In this document: piece by piece, positions 47,261 to 55,700 of the stretch
How the letters are laid out: each line of letters begins with the position of its first letter
Position numbering within the stretch: position 1 is the first letter of the stretch
Virus genome (UHGV): UHGV-0084588
Reading direction: 5' to 3' (one strand)
Origin: a virus
Length of the DNA stretch: 64,000 bases
Notes under the pieces: generated by a model
Told to the model about the DNA's origin: nothing
The model's input: the letters and a program-made list of their open reading frames with translations, nothing else
Databases searched by the model: none
Translations under genes and position numbers: made by a program

Positions 47261-47307
47261 TTCAGATATATATTACCTAGGTGAGAGTTCAGTTACTCTC
47301 ACTTAAC
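47261..47307 (+). promoter_or_regulatory. conserved promoter-like element with perfect palindrome
   Basis: TTCAGATATATATTACCTAGGTGAGAGTtcagttACTCTCACTTAACG upstream of 47332. Confidence 0.45.
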
Positions 47308-47331
47308 GAAACCATTTTAGGAGAATATACC

Positions 47332-47826
47332 ATGAACTTCACTAGACTTGATTACACTAACGAATTAGTCGACAAAGAAAAATACAAATTCACGATTGAC
47401 TTGGGTTACGGGCTGTGGGACGTAGAAAAAGATATTCTACACAAAGAATTCCGTGAGCAATTCGGTGCATTATTCTGCGCAGGATTCCGTAGAAATTCTA
47501 TTGATATCGGTTATGGTGCAACACCGTATAGCGACGAAGAAATGTTTACGCTGATAACACAGATTATCGGAACTCGTGTGGCTAAACGTTTTAATTATTC
47601 TAACGAACTTGTTTCGAAAGAACATTACAAGTTCACTGTTAGACTACCTGTTCCTCTCTTTAAAGAAGATAAGAATAGACTCTATAAAGCCCTACAAACC
47701 GAATTCGGTAAAACGCTCAAAATAGGGTTCCGCAGTCGTAGTATCGATATCGGAATTAGCGTAGACGTGTGCAGTGACGATGACCTTTACGAATTAGTTT
47801 CGGAAGTTATCGGAAAACACCTCTAA
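47332..47826 (+). CDS. protein built from two tandem copies of an 80-aa domain (about 164 aa)
   Basis: Halves align (Y.NELV.KE.YKFT..L...L......L.K.....FG.....GFR..SIDIG); track start 47281 lies inside the promoter-like palindrome, so the ATG at 47332 with SD aggag is preferred. Confidence 0.5.
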   Translation: MNFTRLDYTNELVDKEKYKFTIDLGYGLWDVEKDILHKEFREQFGALFCAGFRRNSIDIGYGATPYSDEEMFTLITQIIGTRVAKRFNYSNELVSKEHYKFTVRLPVPLFKEDKNRLYKALQTEFGKTLKIGFRSRSIDIGISVDVCSDDDLYELVSEVIGKHL

Positions 47827-47870
47827 GCGTAAATTAACGCTTCAGCTTGTAAAACCAAAAGGAAAATAAA

Positions 47871-48647
47871 ATGAAAACTATCGAGTTTAAGAATAGTAGT
47901 CTTTGGGCATACACGCACATCATTACGAGTTTCCTGAGAAACGTTACTCCACATCTTGCTTATCAGATTTATGGGAATGAGCTCACTATCGGTGGTTTTA
48001 ACGAGGATGAATTAAAACGAGCAAAAGAGTTCATTGACGATGTTCTTCGTGGTGAAGCAACGTGTTTAGTTGCAAGTTACGTTGCTAAAGACAAAGGAAG
48101 ATTAAACGTCATGGCAATTTTCAGATCGTTCTCCGAAAAAGTATACGAAGTTGAGAAGATTAGTCATACCGTTTATATTGTTTACTTTAAACGTTCGGCG
48201 GAGAAAAACGCTGATAAAATTCTGGAGTATTTCGACTGTAACCCGGGGGAAGGTATGGATGTCTATACGCTCGGTTACGATGGGGTACCTCACCGGAATA
48301 ACCTTATTCGCATTGACGAACCTTTTTCAGTCAATGACGATTCCTCGCCTATAGAGATGGTTCTGGTACACAAAGATCGTTTCGCGCATTACGACTCTGA
48401 TACTATTCAACGTGTCCTGAACAACGTTAATATACAGTTTTCACAAACCGAGCACTTAGTACGTGCATGTCTTAGGTCTAATGGCACAACATCATTTTTC
48501 TTCGAACGTCAAACCGTTTGGCAAACTTATCTGGCTCTGATGGAAGAACTTGATAGGATCGAGCCAGTTCAGGTTGGTGCAAATTGCTTATATTGGATAA
48601 AAACAAAAGGGTTCATGAATGAAAACGCTCAATTCAGATTTGCGTGA
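47871..48647 (+). CDS. hypothetical protein (258 aa)
   Basis: ORF with SD aaggaaa upstream. Confidence 0.5.
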   Translation: MKTIEFKNSSLWAYTHIITSFLRNVTPHLAYQIYGNELTIGGFNEDELKRAKEFIDDVLRGEATCLVASYVAKDKGRLNVMAIFRSFSEKVYEVEKISHTVYIVYFKRSAEKNADKILEYFDCNPGEGMDVYTLGYDGVPHRNNLIRIDEPFSVNDDSSPIEMVLVHKDRFAHYDSDTIQRVLNNVNIQFSQTEHLVRACLRSNGTTSFFFERQTVWQTYLALMEELDRIEPVQVGANCLYWIKTKGFMNENAQFRFA

Positions 48648-49047
48648 TTACATCCGTCAGTACCCAGCCAGTATTCCTGTACTGGCTTCACTTACGCTTT
48701 CAGGTACTGACGTTAACATCTTAACGGTGGAACAGTTCCACGAGATAATAAAAACCGCCTATAACTCCATTACCGCAACGTCAGTACGTAAACGTTGCGA
48801 TTATCCCGACGGGGATTTCGGCACCGAGATGTTTACCGATTACGCAGTTGCGTTTCTGTTAGGACGACACTGCCTCGATAAACTTAACACTGCAGTAGAA
48901 GGGGAAACAGTGACGGAAATAGTCAACGCTTGGCAGCAACGTATTCTGAGCGACCCTTACTGCCGCCAGGCGTTAAAACGAATGTCCACAACGGCGATTA
49001 CAAACGACCAGCGTGCTTTAGAGTTCTTTAAGCACAACTACAGCTAA
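48619..49047 (+). CDS. hypothetical protein, paralog of 49908-50339 (142 aa)
   Basis: N-terminal L.D.IR.YIR..P....VLA.....TD....L...E...EI..T.Y..I shared with 49908-50339. Confidence 0.5.
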   Translation: MKTLNSDLRDYIRQYPASIPVLASLTLSGTDVNILTVEQFHEIIKTAYNSITATSVRKRCDYPDGDFGTEMFTDYAVAFLLGRHCLDKLNTAVEGETVTEIVNAWQQRILSDPYCRQALKRMSTTAITNDQRALEFFKHNYS

Positions 49048-49069
49048 TTTACCAAAAGGAAAAAATGAC

Positions 49070-49831
49070 ATGTTTAATATCGAAATTACCCCGCTCGTTA
49101 AAACTGAAATCCGTCCGGTTCCTGAAGCACAGTTACTCGATCAACTTTATCGCATATTCCTGGATAAAGGTGTACATTTCCGTGTAGAGCAGGTCAACGA
49201 TGAAAGCATCGTATTCTACTGGACTCACTGCAACGATTATCTTTGCGACACTATTGCGAAAGAAATCGGTGAGTTACTCAACTCAGCAGAAGGTACCACG
49301 AACACTCGGGTGGAAACGACCGAGACTGAACAACCGAAAGTAGAAGAACAGCAGAAAGACGAACCACACGTCCTCTGGTACGAAGGTAAGAAGATTAAGG
49401 AAATTAAAGAAGCGTTAGAGACCCTCTATCCCGACGATTTAGGTATTTATTCGGATAACGATAAGATCGTCGTTCGATTGAAGAAAGACGATCGTAATCT
49501 CATGGAAGAAATTAGTTCCATCGCTGAGCTGATCGATAACGATGCCGTTCGACTTATTTCGATTCATGGTATCGGAAAAGATACCGCTGATGAACTCATG
49601 CGTGTGGCTGTGCACGAACACAAGGAGAAAATTCATCAATCCGTTTACAAAGGTGAAACACTCACCGTTTTGATCGACAACGATGTTGAGGTTTTCAAAT
49701 CATTAACGAACTTTTTGCGAATTGTTTCAACGGATTCTTATATCGAAAAAGCACGTGCCTTGGTTCTCGAAAAGCTTTTTAATATTTACAACAAAGATTG
49801 CGATTGTCCTAATTGTCAAAAACGTCGTTAA
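49070..49831 (+). CDS. hypothetical protein with C-terminal CDCPNC motif (253 aa)
   Basis: ORF with acidic mid-region and C-terminal Cys cluster. Confidence 0.5.
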   Translation: MFNIEITPLVKTEIRPVPEAQLLDQLYRIFLDKGVHFRVEQVNDESIVFYWTHCNDYLCDTIAKEIGELLNSAEGTTNTRVETTETEQPKVEEQQKDEPHVLWYEGKKIKEIKEALETLYPDDLGIYSDNDKIVVRLKKDDRNLMEEISSIAELIDNDAVRLISIHGIGKDTADELMRVAVHEHKEKIHQSVYKGETLTVLIDNDVEVFKSLTNFLRIVSTDSYIEKARALVLEKLFNIYNKDCDCPNCQKRR

Positions 49832-49907
49832 TTAACGACATTCTAAATTCAACCAAGGGGTGGTTTACCGCCCCTCTATTATTGTATTTACCTAAAGGAG
49901 TATTAAA

Positions 49908-50339
49908 ATGTTTTTCGTATTAAATGATGAAATCCGTAACTACATTCGTAACAATCCGATTGCTCTGGGCGTTTTAGCAGGTTTCTGTCGCCCAAATACT
50001 GACTTCGATTTAGTTAAGTTAGAAGAATATCAGGAAATTGTGAATACTAACTACATGCACATCTGTAGCTGGGGTAAACGTCCTCGTGAAGAGTACCCTG
50101 TAGGTGAGTTAGGTGACACTATGCATCGTGACCAGAATCTGATGCACGAATTCGTTGAATACACACTGGAAAATCTTAACTATCCGCTTCTGGTCGACAC
50201 TGTACCAGAAATGGTTGACGAATGGTTAAGTCGTGTTTACAATGACCCTACTACCAACAAGTTACTGAGTCAGATGTCGCAAACTTCTCGTGATATCGAC
50301 ACTCGCACCCTAATGTACTTAGCACACAACGTTCGCTAA
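49908..50339 (+). CDS. hypothetical protein, paralog of 48619-49047 (143 aa)
   Basis: See 48619-49047; conserved leader acctaaaggagtatta upstream; terminator downstream. Confidence 0.5.
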   Translation: MFFVLNDEIRNYIRNNPIALGVLAGFCRPNTDFDLVKLEEYQEIVNTNYMHICSWGKRPREEYPVGELGDTMHRDQNLMHEFVEYTLENLNYPLLVDTVPEMVDEWLSRVYNDPTTNKLLSQMSQTSRDIDTRTLMYLAHNVR

Positions 50340-50346
50340 CCTCACT

Positions 50347-50400
50347 CCGCTATAGACCGAAGTCTATAGCGGAATTAATTTTCTTTCCCTTTTCTTTTTT
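50347..50400 (+). terminator. rho-independent terminator
   Basis: CCGCTATAGAC-cgaa-GTCTATAGCGG followed by a T-rich tract. Confidence 0.6.
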
Positions 50401-50505
50401 GTTATTTTGACGCTACGTTACTTACCTTCTACTCGGCTATTCCTATGCTGGCTGAGGGATGTAAAACGACCTCTTAAACCTTTTTACTTATTGTGAGTTA
50501 ACGCG

Positions 50506-51354
50506 ATGTCTCTTACGTCAAAACAGAAACTGCTAAAACTCATCAACACTGAAAACAATATTGTTCCGCCATTGACCTTCAGTGATGTTGATATCGGCGA
50601 ACCTACTGGTACTGGGGTTGATACCCAGGTGGTTCTGACTTCTAAACTCAAAGGCGATGAGTCTACTACTTTAACGGTGACTTACCATCGTCGTAATTTG
50701 CCAGAATACCTAACAGGCGAGTTGGTATTCGGTAACGACGGTGTTGTAACTGCTGCAGATTTGCTTAATGCAATCAACGCAAAATACGATTTAAATATTC
50801 TGCCGTCAGATATCGTTGATGCGAAAGTTGAAGGTAAAACCCACCAACTTGCCGCTAACGAGAAATCCTACGAGTGGTGTGGCGAAGTGACACTTACGCT
50901 ACGCGATCCTATTGATCTGGCTAAACTGCTACCTGTTACTCAATTAGAAAACCTGGTAGAGTATCCGTCCACCAAGAAAGGTAACGCTGCGGTTTATTCT
51001 TATCCGATTGACTTCACCGCAGAAAAAGATTACCTTGATCCGATTACCATTAACGACACCGTAGACTTAGTAGAGTTAGCTACTAAACTGACTAACGTTG
51101 TTGACGAGAAATGGGTAAGCGTACCTAAGAACGCTGCTAATAACTTGTTCGGTGCTAAGGTTATCTACGATGGCCCTACCGCAGGTTTCGAAGGCGCAAA
51201 TGCGAAGTACACGCGTGTGCTGGTACTCGCCCTAAGCGGTATGTGTTCTAACCTGACCGGTAAACTGTTAATTCACTTTAACGGAACCGATCGTCCGAAG
51301 TCGAAGATTGAATTAGCCAAGACTAATTCGGTCTTACCGGGATTCTTAGATTAA
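50506..51354 (+). CDS. member of a six-copy paralogous protein family, possibly structural (282 aa)
   Basis: N-terminal pattern L..LIN..N......T..DV..GEP.....G..T.V.LT.........(Y/H).R shared with 51368, 54511, 55107, 35448 and 42163. Confidence 0.55.
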   Translation: MSLTSKQKLLKLINTENNIVPPLTFSDVDIGEPTGTGVDTQVVLTSKLKGDESTTLTVTYHRRNLPEYLTGELVFGNDGVVTAADLLNAINAKYDLNILPSDIVDAKVEGKTHQLAANEKSYEWCGEVTLTLRDPIDLAKLLPVTQLENLVEYPSTKKGNAAVYSYPIDFTAEKDYLDPITINDTVDLVELATKLTNVVDEKWVSVPKNAANNLFGAKVIYDGPTAGFEGANAKYTRVLVLALSGMCSNLTGKLLIHFNGTDRPKSKIELAKTNSVLPGFLD

Positions 51355-51367
51355 GAGGATTACAGTA

Positions 51368-51844
51368 ATGACCAGTCAAGAAACTATCTTCGACCTTATT
51401 AAAAAGGCTAACCCAGACGCCGAGCTCGACACCGCCAAAGTCACATTGGGTGAGCCCGTCGTAAGTACCGGTACGTACAACACCGAAATTACGGTTGCGC
51501 CGGTGAAGAATCTCGGTTATGTTAATAAGCAAACGTTCCAGTATAACCGCATTGATGCAGGTTTGTATTTCCTCAACGTATTGCCGAAACTGTTAGTTGA
51601 AACAGCCACCACGACTGCGGACTTGCTGCCTGTAATTAACGAGCAGTATGGCTTAACCCTTACCGAAGACGATGTGTGGGTAGAGCAGGTTGGTGCGTTA
51701 CCGCTAGACGGCAGTGCAATCGAGCACGGTATTTTCTTCCGCCCAGAGTGTCTAACCTGGGTCGGTGGTTTTACAGTGCGTGTTGCGCGTAAACCGTCTG
51801 TCGAGACACCGCCAGCTAAGCCATCGCGCGCTAAGAAGAAATAA
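51368..51844 (+). CDS. member of the same paralogous family (158 aa)
   Basis: Family pattern as above; terminator downstream. Confidence 0.55.
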   Translation: MTSQETIFDLIKKANPDAELDTAKVTLGEPVVSTGTYNTEITVAPVKNLGYVNKQTFQYNRIDAGLYFLNVLPKLLVETATTTADLLPVINEQYGLTLTEDDVWVEQVGALPLDGSAIEHGIFFRPECLTWVGGFTVRVARKPSVETPPAKPSRAKKK

Positions 51845-51848
51845 CTAC

Positions 51849-51884
51849 AGGGTGGGGTAATCCCACCCTCTTTTCTTTTTTTGT
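51849..51884 (+). terminator. rho-independent terminator before the lysis cassette
   Basis: GGGTGGGG-taat-CCCACCC followed by tcttttctttttttg. Confidence 0.5.
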
Positions 51885-51906
51885 GTAAAAAGAGGAGTTA
51901 AACAAA

Positions 51907-52497
51907 ATGGCCGAACGTTGGACTAAAGAAGGTATTATTGAATCAAAAACAGATTTAGAGGGTGGGTACGTGAACGACCCTGACGATAAAGGTGGGGAAA
52001 CCTGTCACGGGGTAACACTGACAACTGCACGCGAATACGGGTACAAAGGAAGAATGAAAGATCTGACCCGTGCGCAAGCGTTTGATATTTACGATCGTGG
52101 TTGGTGGAAGAAACTTAAACTCGATGAGATTTTCGCTATCTCGCCGATACTCGCAGACCGGATGTTTGATTTTGGTATTAACTCTGGCCGTGTTAACTGT
52201 GTGAAATCATTACAACGTATTCTCAACGTTTTAAATAACGAAGGGAAACTTTACGCAGATATTGACACCGACGGTGGCATGGGCCCTAAAACGCTAGGTG
52301 CCCTGAATGCTTATCTGAATTACCGTAAAGGCGAGGGATTAGGCATCTTAATCTTTGCGTTAATCTCACACCAGGTAACCTACTACACGGAAATCTCCGA
52401 AAAGCGTAAGAAGAATGAAAAATTCGCTTACGGCTGGTACGGACGCGTGTACAGGGAAATGCCGGATTATGTAGTGAAGGCGGGGTTAGTAAAATGA
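51907..52497 (+). CDS. endolysin, glycoside hydrolase family 108 muramidase with peptidoglycan-binding C-terminal domain
   Basis: N-terminal EGGYVNDPDDKGGETCHGVT is the hallmark GH108 motif; the C-terminal half resembles the associated PG-binding domain. Confidence 0.8.
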   Translation: MAERWTKEGIIESKTDLEGGYVNDPDDKGGETCHGVTLTTAREYGYKGRMKDLTRAQAFDIYDRGWWKKLKLDEIFAISPILADRMFDFGINSGRVNCVKSLQRILNVLNNEGKLYADIDTDGGMGPKTLGALNAYLNYRKGEGLGILIFALISHQVTYYTEISEKRKKNEKFAYGWYGRVYREMPDYVVKAGLVK

Positions 52498-52613
52498 ATT
52501 GGTTTGCTAAACTCTTAGCACTATTGTGGAAAGCGTTAACGTCTGGACGGAAACGTAAAGACGAAAAGCGTGGGTACGAATTTTTCTGGTTTCTATAAGG
52601 GAAGGTGTGGGTA

Positions 52614-53279
52614 ATGGAGAAGCTTCAATATAAACGTTTAGACAATAAGTGGTTTGTATTAACGGAGGATTACCATTATCCGTTTACGTTACGCGAGATT
52701 TATCACGACCACGTACACTTAGACCGTGCGGTTTATTTAACGGGTGTATTGCCTGACACGCAACTGTGGTTAACAGCACCGAAAGGGTTCGTTACCGATT
52801 TAGCGTCAATTCCTGATCACCTCCAGGGAATTTTCCATCCTGACGGACCGTGGGCACCTGCGGCCTGTATTCACGACTTACTCTATCAAAAATGCAACAC
52901 AGAGCGTAGCTATCCCATGACACCGGGTGGTAACGTTTCGCGTTTTATCGATAAAGAGTTCTCTGACTTAACTTTCCTGCGTATTATGCAGTCGTTGGAA
53001 ATCTCGCCTTATATCTGCCAAACATTTTATAAGGCTGTTGTTGAATTCGGCTGGGATGCCTACGTAGATCCTAATGCAAAGCCATCCTACAACACTAACG
53101 CGTTTCGTACGTTAGATTACAATCGAAACTATTTATTCGTTCGCGAGTTTAAGGAACCTGCAATCCCTGACCACGAACGTATTGATATCACCACAGATTG
53201 TCCCGTTAATGTCAAATACCTGAACATCAAACGGGCATTTCTGTCTGGGAGGGAAGATGTTTCATCCAAATCCGAGTAA
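52614..53279 (+). CDS. DUF1353-like phage protein
   Basis: GFVTDLASIP...HD.LY resembles the DUF1353 signature as I recall it; ATG at 52614 preferred over the track start 52605. Confidence 0.4.
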   Translation: MEKLQYKRLDNKWFVLTEDYHYPFTLREIYHDHVHLDRAVYLTGVLPDTQLWLTAPKGFVTDLASIPDHLQGIFHPDGPWAPAACIHDLLYQKCNTERSYPMTPGGNVSRFIDKEFSDLTFLRIMQSLEISPYICQTFYKAVVEFGWDAYVDPNAKPSYNTNAFRTLDYNRNYLFVREFKEPAIPDHERIDITTDCPVNVKYLNIKRAFLSGREDVSSKSE

Positions 53280-53772
53280 CTTTAAACTCAGAGAGTTAGT
53301 ACCACAGTCCTATATTGCCAAATACGGTGATTCCGCAATTCGGTTTATGAATCCGTTGTTAATGATTTCCCTACAACAGATTCGTAACCGTTTCGGTAGA
53401 ATGGTGATTAACTCAACTGCCGCACAACAGCGCGGACTAAGAACCTTAGATTTCTTTATTAATCAAGAAAAGCCTAAGGGTGGTAGTTATAAACAACGTG
53501 CGTTGCAGCTTTACGCCGATTCAGGAAGTCAACACAAATTCGGTAACGCTATTGATGCAACGTTGTTGGATAGCACCGTAAAACAGGTTCACGACTATAT
53601 CGCTGCTAACCCTGACGAGTTTCCGTTCATTCACTTTATTGAATGTGATATCAGTTGGTTACACATCGACGTTCGTAACCAACCTAACATTACTTTCTGG
53701 TCACCAAACCGTGGCACTGTGAAGGTTGTTAAGCAAAAGCCAATCGATTGGAGCGCCTTAGTCGAGATTTAA
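53257..53772 (+). CDS. peptidase M15-like cell-wall hydrolase
   Basis: SQHKFGNAIDA fits the S.H..G.A.D zinc-binding motif and WLHID fits the second His motif of M15/VanY-type peptidases. Confidence 0.55.
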   Translation: MFHPNPSNFKLRELVPQSYIAKYGDSAIRFMNPLLMISLQQIRNRFGRMVINSTAAQQRGLRTLDFFINQEKPKGGSYKQRALQLYADSGSQHKFGNAIDATLLDSTVKQVHDYIAANPDEFPFIHFIECDISWLHIDVRNQPNITFWSPNRGTVKVVKQKPIDWSALVEI

Positions 53773-53855
53773 CTATTTCTAAGGTGTTTATACCTTATTT
53801 TGTATAAAGACGCTTAGAATGCGTTTTACGCACGATTTGGCGGTTAAAATGAATA

Positions 53856-53892
53856 TACCCTACTCCCGTTAAGGAGTAGGGTACTTTTTATT
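53856..53892. terminator. bidirectional terminator between convergent genes
   Basis: TACCCTACTCC-cgttaa-GGAGTAGGGTA with a flanking A-run and ctttttattg; lies between 53257-53772 (+) and 53888-54379 (-). Confidence 0.65.
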
Positions 53893-54379
53893 GTTCCGCA
53901 GGATGGAGCATTGTTCCAGTGTCAGGCGCTACACCTTCTATACAGCGGAAGAAAGTAATGCCTTTACCATCGCCCGTTTTATATTCTAAAGTAGAATACG
54001 CAAATGTTGGTGTTTTTGAAAGCAAACCATTTACACGGTAGTAACGTTGTCCCGTGATAGGATCAATATTCCCATTAACTTTACCTAATAAATCTTTATA
54101 AAGTTGGGGCGACTCAATCTTACCATTTGGCCAAGTGGCTACCCAATTAGCACCAGTATCGACTACGGTTACTGAGCCTAACATTAGATTAGTCGAGCTG
54201 ACGACAGGTTTGTAATTTGCAAAATCTTGCTCTACACCCATGCAGGTGTAAATAACCATGTCGTGTGGCTCCACCGGCACAGTCGAGAATTGGCCGTTAC
54301 CATTTGGTTGTAAGGCACATCCTGCTAATGAAAAAACACCAAGCATAACGATAAGAAAACGCTTTATCATACTTTTCAC
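53888..54379 (-). CDS. lipoprotein (163 aa)
   Basis: Signal peptide with lipobox LAGC (MKSMIKRFLIVMLGVFSLAGCALQ); lone minus-strand gene between plus-strand genes; bidirectional terminator downstream. Confidence 0.65.
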   Translation of the reverse strand: MKSMIKRFLIVMLGVFSLAGCALQPNGNGQFSTVPVEPHDMVIYTCMGVEQDFANYKPVVSSTNLMLGSVTVVDTGANWVATWPNGKIESPQLYKDLLGKVNGNIDPITGQRYYRVNGLLSKTPTFAYSTLEYKTGDGKGITFFRCIEGVAPDTGTMLHPAEQ

Positions 54380-54434
54380 CTTTTTTATAAAAAGTTAAAA
54401 AAAATATTTTTACAGACAACCCTTACTGCCGACT

Positions 54435-54463
54435 GTCATAACAATTAACACCACTTCTATAAT
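54435..54463 (+). promoter_or_regulatory. sigma70-like promoter candidate
   Basis: Perfect -10 TATAAT (54458-54463) with a weak -35 gtcata at 17-bp spacing, about 45 nt upstream of 54511. Confidence 0.3.
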
Positions 54464-54510
54464 CCGAACAATACTATGCAATCCACCCTGCCAACCACGA
54501 GGTAAATACG

Positions 54511-55041
54511 ATGGCTAAAACCTTCCAACAGCAACTTATTGACGCTGTTAATACCAAAAACAGTACCCTGGACCCCGCACTCACCGTAGCTGATGTTGAC
54601 TTTGGTGCTGTTGCTGAGTTCACCGGAGAAGCTGGCCGCAACACTAAAATTACCCTGACCGCCAAGGAAGAAAGCCAGCACTTCAAGGGCGAGAAAGAAT
54701 TCCACTATACTCGTCTTTCATGCGACATCGTTGGTGAAGTTGAAGTAACTGCACCTGCTACCGATTTCGATTCAGCAGCGAAAATCCTGGCGAAAGTTAA
54801 CGCAGCCATGGCTGAGAAAGGGTACACCGATGACGAGTTCGGTGAAAACGACCTGCAAAGTATTTCTCGTGAAGAAGAAGGCAAAACCATTTACGTAGTA
54901 ACTGTTGTGGCCGGACACCTGAAGTTCCTGCCAGGCACTGTTGCAACGTATAAAGTTACTCCTCCGGCTCCTGAGAAAGTAGCACTGGACGGTCTGGAAG
55001 GTGAACTGGATAGCTTCACTGCACCGCTTCCTAAAGAGTAA
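54511..55041 (+). CDS. member of the six-copy paralogous family, codon-biased (176 aa)
   Basis: Family pattern; host-like codon bias suggests high expression; a sigma70-like -10 element lies upstream. Confidence 0.6.
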   Translation: MAKTFQQQLIDAVNTKNSTLDPALTVADVDFGAVAEFTGEAGRNTKITLTAKEESQHFKGEKEFHYTRLSCDIVGEVEVTAPATDFDSAAKILAKVNAAMAEKGYTDDEFGENDLQSISREEEGKTIYVVTVVAGHLKFLPGTVATYKVTPPAPEKVALDGLEGELDSFTAPLPKE

Positions 55042-55106
55042 TTGAACCGGGGGGGGGGTAACCTCCCCCGATATTTCTTTAACCCGCATTTTAAGGATTT
55101 AAGATA

Positions 55107-55637
55107 ATGGCCGCTACTAACCAGATGATGTTGGTCGCGCTTTATAATGCTGCTAACACTGAGCTACCACATCAGATTACTGATAAAGAAGTGTCCTTTG
55201 GTCTCCCTACTGCGCTGGAAGGCAAAAGTAAGAATACCAAAGTTACCATGACTGCACTACCGGGTTCTGAGAATTTCAAAGGCGCAATCGAGCTGCATTA
55301 CGATCGTCTGGAGCCGGGTGTTGTAGGACGTATTGAACTAACTGACGATTTGTCTCGTTGGGAAGATCAAAACGAATTGCGCGCATGGTTACAATATTAC
55401 ATCAACAAAGTAAAACCTGACGACGCTATCGCACCTGGTGACGTTGTGTACAGCACCGAAGACCAGAAAGACGAACATGATAACGTCACACTGCGTACGG
55501 TAACGTGCACCGTTACTGAAAAGAACCTCCGTTATAAACCGGGTGTAATGGCAACTTTCGTAATTACGCCGAAAGTTGTTGACAATCGTATTGACCTGGC
55601 CACTACCAACGGCGAGCTGGACGGCTTTACGTCCTAA
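55107..55637 (+). CDS. member of the six-copy paralogous family (176 aa)
   Basis: Family pattern; bidirectional terminator downstream. Confidence 0.6.
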   Translation: MAATNQMMLVALYNAANTELPHQITDKEVSFGLPTALEGKSKNTKVTMTALPGSENFKGAIELHYDRLEPGVVGRIELTDDLSRWEDQNELRAWLQYYINKVKPDDAIAPGDVVYSTEDQKDEHDNVTLRTVTCTVTEKNLRYKPGVMATFVITPKVVDNRIDLATTNGELDGFTS

Positions 55638-55638
55638 G

Positions 55639-55691
55639 AAAAATAAAAAAATACCTACCTCCCGTAATAGGAGGTAGGTATATCTTTTTTT
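55639..55691. terminator. bidirectional terminator between convergent blocks
   Basis: aaaaataaaaaaa-TACCTACCTCC-cgtaata-GGAGGTAGGTA-tatcttttttt; lies between 55107-55637 (+) and 55701-56372 (-). Confidence 0.65.
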
Positions 55692-55700
55692 CACTGTCGA

